Below, piece by piece: positions 54,301-64,000 of a DNA stretch of 64,000 bases. Positions within the stretch are counted from its first letter, which is position 1, and each line of letters starts with the position of its first letter. The translations under genes and the position numbers were made by a program. Where the stretch lies: NCBI RefSeq assembly GCF_001194135.2, contig NC_068983.1, positions 148,699,719 to 148,763,718 on the forward strand, read 5' to 3'. The notes under the pieces were generated by a model that ran no database searches, had not been told where the DNA came from, and saw only the letters and a list, made by a program, of their open reading frames with translations. This DNA comes from Octopus bimaculoides. Its lineage: Eukaryota.

Positions 54301-55204
54301 GAAAGGATTAATTAGATAAAACCTATTACTCAAAACATTCAGCTTTGTGATAATGTTTAAAATGATCGCTAACAATAGGATTTCCAGGGTACAACCAGAC
54401 GCTCCTGTATCACTCTGACATACTATCTTTAATATAATGGTTAAGTATCTATGTTAGAATAAATTATAATACTAAATTGAGAAAATTCATGCTATGCTTA
54501 GTAAAGATATTGCTTACTTTGCAAGCAAGTTCTGGTAGCGATTTCATGCGCTCGTTTAATTTCAAATCCAGTAAACCAATAAATCTTGGTATTATTTTTC
54601 TGTTACCATATTTTCATTGCGCAAACCATCTACTTCAATTGTCTTTCAACTTTTTTCCATGTGACGGTTTGATCGGAAGGAATCGAAATGTTTATGTATG
54701 CATATGTCTTCATTTCTATCATTGCTCTATCTCAGAAACATACTTAAATCATATTATTATGAGATCGATGAGACGTCTTCTAAGGACATGTTGTTGCCAT
54801 ATAATGCTTAGATGCGGAGTTATATCACTTATTCTCACATTCAATTTTACTGTATTTTTACTGCTGTTGTAGTTTCTGACAGTAACATTCATTCTTTGAA
54901 AGCGATAAAAGTGAAGTACTATCGACTATTCTCTCCCAAAAGGTTTGTAACCTCCTGCCTGATTTTGAAATCAGTACTATTATGGACCCAGCTATCAGTT
55001 GAATCCATCGTAAAGGGCAAGCAGTTTTCTTATATGGTTGTTCTACCGAAAGAGTGTGTGTTGGGCATGTTTGAAAGACTTAAAAACAGATAATTCAGTC
55101 TACGGCCAAGGCCTCACTGAGATCCCTAAGTTGCACTTGAATAGAAAGGTGAGGATGCAGGTGAGTTGCTTCCTCTGCTTCAATAAATCTATGAAAAAAG
55201 GATG

Positions 55205-55400
55205 AAAGCTGGCGCAAGGCCTGAGTGTACATGCACCAGAGTTCAAATCCCTCCAAGAACAACTTTGCTTTTGGGGAGGTCTATAAAATTCCAAACAAGT
55301 ATGGGGTCGATGTAATCGACTACCCTCCTCCCTAAAATTTCAGGTCATGAGCCTATAGTAGAAATAATAATAATGATTATAATAATAATAATAATTATTA
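55205..55400 (+). mobile_element. Degenerate SINE family B with (AAT)n tail
   Basis: GAGTTCAAATCC...GGGGTCGATGTAATCGACTACCCTCCTCCCTAAAATTTCAGG...AGTAGAAATAATAAT. Confidence 0.75.
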
Positions 55401-55408
55401 TTATTATT

Positions 55409-55976
55409 GAGTGAGAGAGCAGTGCATGCCATCAAAGTGACACTGGGGTAAAATATACAAAGCCCAATATACCCATCATGACTACCCGTCTGATAAGGGT
55501 ACACCAGGCACATGCATCACAACCATATTTGCGCGACATGGCGATCTCATATCAAGATAAACAGTGCATGACCTCGCAGGTGGGGCCCAGTTAGAATTTT
55601 CATCAGGTCGAGTAGCCCATCCCGCTCAAAAGGTCCCTGAATAAGGTTTGTTTTAAGGATAATGAACAAAACACCCATGTTTCCAAAGGTGAATTATTGA
55701 AACCCCAAAGAATTCCTCTCAACACATGGCTATGATGCTCCCCCACTACTTCTGCTCATGATCAGAGATGCACATATCGTCAGCTACCAAGGGACATGCT
55801 CAACTGGTTAAGGTCAAACAACTGACAAGCAAATCTGTGGTATTAAGCAGAATATTTGCTGGAGCCCATCTTTTATACCAAGACAAAACAATGTACATGA
55901 TAACACTTCCAATCAATTAAGATCAGAAGCCATGAGAGCCACTGCCTGGTACTGCATCAGGGCATCCTGGTACTGC
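55409..55976 (-). mobile_element. ~560-bp non-coding interspersed repeat with an (AAT)n 3' tail (probable non-autonomous retroelement)
   Basis: GC-richer block with no ORF, bounded by (ATT)n tracts. The minus strand ends CTCTCACTC-AATAATAAT. I recall it as an abundant octopus repeat; not verified. Confidence 0.55.
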
Positions 55977-55998
55977 TATTATTATTATTATTATTATT

Positions 55999-56140
55999 AA
56001 GGCGGCGAGTTGGCAGAAACGTTGGTAGGCCGGATAAAATGGTTTGCCTTTCATCCTTCCGGATTCGATGAAATAGGTATCGGTCGATATAGTCGACTTA
56101 CCCACTCTCCGAAATTCCTGGCCTTGCGTCAAAATTTGGC
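55999..56140 (+). mobile_element. Internally deleted SINE family B; more degenerate copies at ~56810-56960 and ~56990-57170
   Basis: AAGGCGGCGAGTTGGCAGAAACGTT joined directly to TTTGCCTTTCATCCTTCCGG. Confidence 0.8.
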
Positions 56141-58035
56141 ATCGGTCTTATCGCCGATGTTTGTACCAGAACCACTACGCACTAACGCGTTGACTTATAT
56201 GAAAGTAAAGCATCATTCATCATTAAGGATAAATACAGAATAGAGCTGAGAGAGAAAGAGGGGGCCGAGAAAGAGAGAGAAACTGAGATAGAAATGAAAA
56301 GAAAGAGGAAAAGAGAGCAAGATCAAATAAAAGGGATACACAGTCTATATATGTAGACTATATGTGAATGACGGTGCAGATGTTTTCTAATGCAAAGTTA
56401 CTCGTTTTAGTAAACATGCAAACATGACATTAATTGAAAATTATGGCATTATGCAATTGGTATGCCACACATTATATTGAGTCATCGGTAGTTCGTTTAT
56501 AATCACATACATGATATAGCGTAGTTCGGTAATATACCGTGTGTCATATTACGAAATTGCATTTCTTTCTTTCCTTTTTTTATTGTTAGTAAGTTCTCGG
56601 AAAGACAGAACGGTGAAACGCGTACAAATAACTTATAAACAAACATGGAAGATATAATCAAAGTTATATGATTCTGCAAAGTTCTCTGATAAGATAGCAT
56701 TACAGATAAATATAATTTTCTTTGTGATGAACGTTACATAATTCATCCAATATATCCTTATGTTGTTTTGTTATCACTTATTATAGTTTGAGAAGGGTGT
56801 TTAATACCAGAGTTGGTAGAGTGTGGAAACACATAGCAGCATTTACATACATACATTTACATTCAAAGTTCAAATGCCACTAGAGTCAGCTTTGCCCTTC
56901 TGAGGATAAACTAGATACTTGAGAGGTTACTGTTATAGACATAGTCAATTACATCTTCCTCTAAGATAATGTAGAAAATATAATTATATTGAAGATGATA
57001 AATTGACAGAAATATTAGATAATCGGACAGAATGCCTAGTGATATTTGCACCGGCTCCTTACGGTATGGGATCAAATCCCAACGAGGCTGATATTGCCTA
57101 TCAACCATCTGGTGTCGATAAAATAAACTATAAGTCAAGTACTGGGCTCTATGGAATCGATTAACCCCAACAACCAAAATAGCTAATTGCATAAAGACGC
57201 TGTTGAAACCACTAAGACGCTATTAATCATTCACAAAACTTAGACCGGGACTCATTATTTTGATAAGAATAACCGTTTAATATCATCACTCGTAATTGTA
57301 AGAGACGGATTCTTTTCATATGTATACACACATATACACTGCTACATTCCCAATGCCAACATGCAATTCCATTAGCACCACCACCACCACCAATACCACC
57401 AACACCTCCATACACCTAGCGAGCGCCGGTTTTTATCTCTCCATAGATTATAGTGATTATGTTGCAATTTACTAGGAAATTTTCGTACCAACATCCGGGA
57501 CCTAAACTTTACGAAGCAGAGAAATTTGAAATCATTTTAAAGAAAGCATGTGGGGCACACAAACTAACCTTGGTAACAATAATAGCTCATTAAAATTAAT
57601 TTTCCGAATATATAATGAGCAGGTTTCTCTCTATACGAAATGATACGTGTGGGGGGATCNNNNNNNNNNNNNNNNNNNNNNNNNNNNNNNNNNNNNNNNN
57701 NNNNNNNNNNNNNNNNNNNNNNNNNNNNNNNNNNNNNNNNNNNNNNNNNNNNNNNNNNNNNNNNNNNNNNNNNNNNNNNNNNNNNNNNNNNNNNNNNNNN
57801 NNNNNNNNNNNNNNNNNNNNNNNNNNNNNNNNNNNNNNNNNNNNNNNNNNNNNNNNNNNNNNNNNNNNNNNNNNNNNNNNNNNNNNNNNNNNNNNNNNNN
57901 NNNNNNNNNNNNNNNNNNNNNNNNNNNNNNNNNNNNNNNNNNNNNNNNNNNNNNNNNNNNNNNNNNNNNNNNNNNNNNNNNNNNNNNNNNNNNNNNNNNN
58001 NNNNNNNNNNNNNNNNNNNNNNNNNNNNNNNNNNN

Positions 58036-58067
<32 letters not shown>

Positions 58068-58824
58068 ATTGTTTTTATTATTACTATAGTTATTATTATT
58101 ATTATCATTATTATTATTATTACATACAGGTATAACATATACATACATATACACATGCATATACTGTGTGCGTGTGTGTGGATGTATGTGCGTGTATGTG
58201 TGTGCGTGTGTGCGTGTGTGTGTGCGTGATATACATGTGTATGTAGCTGTTTGTGTATTCGATGCGGAGTGTGAGTATATGCATGTTTATATCGTTTCCT
58301 TATTTTTATAAATGTCCATTTCTGTTTTACTTGTTCCTCTTCTGGTTTTCATAGAGTTTCTGTTTTGTTTTCAAGCTGAGGCTTTATAAGTTCAAACACA
58401 TTCCGGCTAACATGATGTCTCATATATATATTTATCTAACTCCCAATGATACTTTATGGATGTTATATTACAGGCGTGAAATTCAATGAAACTATATCAT
58501 ACTCTCCATTAATCTTAGCCTCAAAGGTCGTAACTTTTATATTTGTTATACCAAATCTCTGTTATATTATATGTGTTTGTGTGTGCGTGCGTATGCATAC
58601 ATATGTATATATGTATATATCTACACACACACAGAGGAAACAAAACAAATATTATGCGCATGCGCTTGTGTACGTGGATGAGAGAGTGAGAGTCTGTACG
58701 TTATGTGTATATCTATAAATTTATGCATCATATACAAGATTTATGTGGCTAAGCTTATATATTTAAATATGTGTATTAAGGATATTCTATATGCGTTTAT
58801 ATGTGAGTATGAATGCGTATGTCC

Positions 58825-58900
<76 letters not shown>

Positions 58901-59073
58901 ATTTCGAGCGTATATATCGTTCATATTCTTATATGTATTTATGAATGGATATATGTTGGTGTCGTAAAGTTGTAATATTTACGTATTTACCCAAGTATTA
59001 ATGTATAAATACATTATTGTATATTGCGAAGATATTCCATCACTTTCTTTATTTGTTTGTCTTTTACACTCTT

Positions 59074-59119
<46 letters not shown>

Positions 59120-59172
59120 NNNNNNNNNNNNNNNNNNNNNNNNNNNNNNNNNNNNNNNNNNNNNNNNNNNNN

Positions 59173-59218
<46 letters not shown>

Positions 59219-60385
59219 TATATGTGTGTGCGTGAGTATGTGTGTGTATGTGCTCGTGCGTACGTTTGATATATTTATGTATTTTGCTATAAATATCTTA
59301 ATATATGCACACAAATACATATAGTTGTGAACACACATACAAGTATACAAACACACACACACACATACATACAAGTACATACCTCGTACATCATTATACG
59401 TTTATTGTGTTGGTGTTGTCGGCAAGTAACCTTGTGAGCCAATGTCGGTCTTAACAACAACGTGTGTGTGTGTGTGTGTGCGTGTGTGTGTATGTGTGTG
59501 TGTGCGTGCGCGCGCCCATGTGCGTCTGTGGATACCTGTGTGGGCGTGTTGTATGCATGTGGATGTATGTATGCGTGTTTTGTATTCGTCGTCTTAGATA
59601 ATTCCCAGCTATTCTTGATAAGTAAATACCAAAAAAAAATTGCATAAATTTAACCTGTTGTTGAAATACAAACGGCAATAAAATCGCCTAACTTAAATAC
59701 TGCATATTTCGGAATTTTTTTTTTACATTCTGTTGACTAAATGTATTTGTAAAGAAGAAAAAGTGGGGCAAAACTCATTGTTCAGTCTTTGAAAAACCTA
59801 CCGAAATAGTTTGTGTTTCATGTGATCTCTGTTCATGTTTATTTAGAAGGTTTCTTGCTGGATAGAGTAAATGCTAGTGTATTATGTAGTATTAAAGCAG
59901 AAATCCATTTTTGCATGTAGCTTCTTTTTAATTACTTCTACGCTCATTACACAGAACAAATGGTATATTACAACATAAAAGAACAAAAAACTCTTTTGTT
60001 AGACTTCTGACAACAATGAATTGAGATGCATACAAAAGAGAAATGTTCAGTGTTTTTTTTTTAGATTTTGTTTTCCTGTAAATATTCTGCATAGCTTAAG
60101 CGTACTAGAAAATGGTCTAAGGTTTACTTGAAAATTCTTTCTGTAGGAATTGTTAAAGTTCTCTTTCAAGATAAACATTTTCTAAACATTTTTCATTAAA
60201 TATGTAGGTACGGGCTTAGCCACGTGGTTACGAAGTTCGGTTCACAAACCCGTGGTTTCTGATTTCGATGCCCCAGCGTACAAACCTCGTTAAGGGCTTT
60301 CTACCGTAACTTCAGGTTGACAAATACGTTGGAATCAGAATTCAATCGTACGAAACTGGAAAAGTTTGTTGTGTTTGTATATATA

Positions 60386-61393
60386 TTGGGTTGGCAAGAA
60401 AGTAATTTCGGTTTTTTAGTGTAAAATAAGTCTTTTTTTATATATATATACAAAGAATTATATATTTTCCATTTTGTTCGATGACTTTTGCCATCCTCTT
60501 GGCAACTTCATGATTCCGCCCTCGTAGAACTTCTAGTCCTTAGTAGCCAAAAATGAAGCATGTGCGATTTCAGGTCATCATCATTATTGACAGTTTTACC
60601 ATTCAAACACTTTCGGAAACTTAGAAATAAATTGTAATCTGGTGATGCAAGGTCAGCGCTATGTGGTGGATGTAACATCACTTCCCAACCAAGCTCCAAT
60701 AATTTTTCACGAGTTAGCAAAGACGTTTCTGGTCTAGTGTTGTCATGGTGGAAAGGGATTCCTTTACGATTTGCCAATTCTGGCCGTCTTTCTTTGATTG
60801 ATTCCTCCAGTTTCATTAGTTGTTGACAGTAAACATCTTTCAATTTATCTGGAACCCAAATACCGAGCTTCTTAACGAGTCCAAAACATTTTAAGTGATT
60901 TTCATTTTAAGTGAATAGTTGTATGTGATACAGTTAACCTTTCTGCAATCTCTCGCATAGTTATATCACAATCAGATTCAATTATTGCTTTGATTTGGTC
61001 ATCATCAACTTCAGTAGGTCGACCAGAACGTTGGTCATCTTTCAGTGAAAAATCTCCAGAACGGAATTTTTAAAACCATTTCTGACACGTGCGTTCTGTT
61101 AAGCAATCAATTTCATAAACTTCACATATCTCTTTGTGAGCCTCAGCAGCTTTCTTGCCTTTACGGAAATAAAAAAGCAAAATATGACGAAAATGTTCCT
61201 TTTTGCACTCCATGTTAAAATTGACACTGAACTAACAGCTGTAAACAAAATTACACGCAATTTGCTTCTAAAGTAAGCTAAAAGTAACGACTATCAGATG
61301 TCAAAAGCGAAAAATCATAAAATTGACAAAAGTCATTAAAAAAATAGTAACTCTCTATTTGCGAAAAACGAAATTACTTTCTTGCCAACCCAA
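60386..61393 (-). mobile_element. Mariner element (DD34D, mellifera-subfamily-like), both TIRs, internally deleted
   Basis: TIRs TTGGGTTGGCAAGAAAGTAATTTCG and CGAAATTACTTTCTTGCCAACCCAA; TA TSD at 60384-85 and 61394-95; length 1008 bp. Confidence 0.96.
60460..61213 (-). pseudogene. Mariner transposase pseudogene
   Basis: MECKKEHFRHILLFYFRKGKKAAEAHKEICEVY...CQKWF*KFRSGDFSLKDDQRSGRPTEVDDDQIKAII...IWVPDKLK joined to DVYCQQL...FHHDNTRPE...HPPHSADLASPDY. It carries a nonsense codon, a ~10-bp duplication causing a frameshift, and a deletion removing the first catalytic D. Confidence 0.93.
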
Positions 61394-64000
61394 TATAGTC
61401 GTGAATTTGTTATAGAGACATCTATGGCTAAGTTCAGAAGTTTGCTCGACAATAAGAGCCCTTCGGTGTGTTTGTTTTCTTTTCCATAGGCCTCTTCGTC
61501 CTTTCCAGGTCGACATACTGCTCTATCTGGGTAAACAGAAACTGTAGAAGTCTGTCGAATGGAGGGCATTTATGATTTAAAGAGCGAACCTTGTCACACT
61601 GTTTGACTAGTACTAGTGACTGCAGAATGCTTACCAGTTAATATATTTACCCAATGAAAACGTATATCCTCGAGAATCCGTTTATATTACTGTGTTTGTG
61701 CAAAACAGCATGCCGAATCGCGTGAGAACAAGTACAAAACAAAGAAAAGTTATTTACAATTAACCAGTTTCACATGCTCGGTTGCTTTTCAAAGAAACGA
61801 AAAGCAACCAAGTGTAAACTCAGACAGGTAGAACTTTCGATCAAAGACTCGCCATATTTCACTACTTTTAGAAATGATGAAAATCGTGAATCGGGTTTAA
61901 TAATGTGAATACATTTTCTTAAAATGTATTTTCAACTTCTTTTCTTTGTGTGTGTGCGTGTGCATGCGTGTTTGCGTGCGTGCGTGCGTGCACGCTTGCG
62001 TATATATGTGTTGATATATCCTTTAAGTCAGTTTATGTGAAACCTTTTTGGGTGCGCTCATGAAAAAGTCCTATGTTATTTATTCCGGCTACCGCATATT
62101 GTTCCCATCTTCCAAAGTAATTTGATGGGAAAGTTATGAGTTTGTTGCCCCTATAGCATAGGATGAATATAGAATAATAAGAACTTTTGAATGGAATTCA
62201 TAAATCCTTTAATGCGTTGCTACGTTTCCACAAACCTCAAGCTTTAGTTGCTGTATTCCTCATATGTTCACACATATACATTATCGATTTCACATAGTTA
62301 ATGAATGTGTGTTGTTAAACGCTTTTTGCCTGCAGTATTCTGTCCAGGGAAAGTGCTTTGAAAAATGTATATATATATATATATATATATATAAATATAT
62401 ATAGATATATATTACTGAACCTTTATATATATCATTGAAACTTTATATANNNNNNNNNNATATATATATACATATATATATATATGATGGATTCTTTAGC
62501 CGTGAACGATAAATGACGGTTCAGTAATATAAAGTGTTAATCATGTTTTATGGACACGAATGCGTCTCTTGAGGCCTGCTGATATATAAACATACTCACA
62601 CACTTCCTAGAATGAAATTAATGTTAATATATATTTGCTTCGCCTTTCTAAAATCGAGGTACCCATCAACCAGTGATCATCTCTCTTGATTTTAGAGGTT
62701 TGGGATCAGTCGAAGATAACTTAAAGACGCGAAGGGTCGTAATTAAGTAGAGCAAAATATTTTCTCTAGTCCTGTCGATTCCGCTTATCCACTATCTTTG
62801 ATACGTGCGTGTGCGTGTGTACATGTGCATGAGTATGTATGTTATAATATGGTCACCATTTTAAAGCAAGTTTAAGAATATACTTGGAGTAGAGACAAAC
62901 CTATTAACCACTTCCATTCACTTTGATCTTCACAATGTGTTCGCGCGCGTGTGTGAGTTCGAAATTAACAACAAAAATATGAACAAGAACGACAAAGTGA
63001 AAATAATGTATAATAGATCTTGATGCTGAATGAGAGTTTACTAAAGTTTTGTTTTTGACGTTTCGTGCGTATGTTATTCTTCAGATTCGTGGAAGGAAAA
63101 AGTGTAGAGGAAATAAAGTAAAATTGGAGGGATGGAGAAAGATACATTGTTCTGTGTCAAGTTATATGTATATGTGTGTATTTCATTGCGTATGTGTACG
63201 TTGTGTACAAACAAAAAACTGTGTATTCAACATACATTCTAGGGGATAAATATTTGTATTAACAATTTGTAGCTTAGACCTTTTTATTTATAGTTTCCCA
63301 GGAGCAAAAACGCGCAAAATAATGCATATTAAAATTACACACTACAAGATAGTCATTTAAACTCACAGATACATATGTAGGGCTCTTTTCTTTCGGTTGA
63401 GCACCCATGTGATAGAATACAGTTTCATGAAGTAGGATATCTAGTCGTTAACTCTAGCAGTTAGTCTCACAACGTATACCCTTCCCTGATATCTGATGAG
63501 GCACAATAGATGGTTACATGGGCTAGCATTTTAACTACAAGGACCTTCTTGTTGGCGCAGATAGACTAAATAGTTGGTTTGAGATGGTAACTTGTTGGTT
63601 TGAGGGCAGAAACGATTGTTGGCTAAATGACCTAACTTTTTGACTGAGCTTAACTTGTTGGTTGGTAAGTTTGACCTATTGCCTGAAGTGATACTGCCCT
63701 ATTCTTAGGTGCTCCTAGTAAAGCTTCGTTATTTCATATTTATTGTATAGATGAACGTTTGGTTATTCGGCTGATTTGAGGCTACATGTGATATGAAAAA
63801 GATATATTACAGTGCTTGAGGTAGAATGCGAACTCTGTAGCTCTTAATCGTACGTCTGTTACCTCCAAACAGCTCGTCTACATCTCCAAATATTTGCAGT
63901 GGCTGAATACAAACCATTCATCGTATCTTTTTTCATTTGTTTTGTATATGAAACAAAATATGAAGGATCAGTTATAATTACGTAGTAAAAAGCAACATAT

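Noticed and set aside
55099-55110. GTCTACGGCCA resembling the 5S rRNA 5' end
   Set aside because: Only 11 nt match and the rest of 5S is absent.
63541-63680. CRISPR array
   Set aside because: The repeats are only 5-12 bp and inexact, there are no cas genes, and the context is eukaryotic.

Overview
Eukaryotic, AT-rich, microsatellite-dense draft-scaffold sequence with many N gaps. The SINE families and repeat landscape fit an octopus (coleoid cephalopod) genome; this is inferred from recalled repeat families, not from a search. I cannot support any intact host protein-coding gene, and almost all long ORFs in the track are microsatellite or N-gap artefacts. Well-supported content: many copies of at least four tRNA-derived SINE families, two stacked RTE-type LINE 3' ends, a decayed DD37D (maT-like) transposon, an internally deleted mellifera-type mariner with intact TIRs and TA TSD, and a 728-bp non-autonomous TIR element with an 8-bp TSD whose centre carries a (CCCTAA)n/(TTAGGG)n palindrome. 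Most interesting: (1) an inverted pair of ~210-bp arms at 26.8-27.3 kb, each with a minimal type-I hammerhead ribozyme motif of the Penelope/retrozyme kind (both copies degenerate); (2) a ~1.2-kb foldback at 1.5-2.7 kb; (3) a perfect RFX X-box just upstream of a consensus 5' splice site; (4) a candidate recursive splice site (YnTAG|GTAAGT) on the minus strand; (5) a candidate bidirectional promoter near 48.8-49.8 kb. No CRISPR, rRNA, true tRNA or prokaryotic features were seen.
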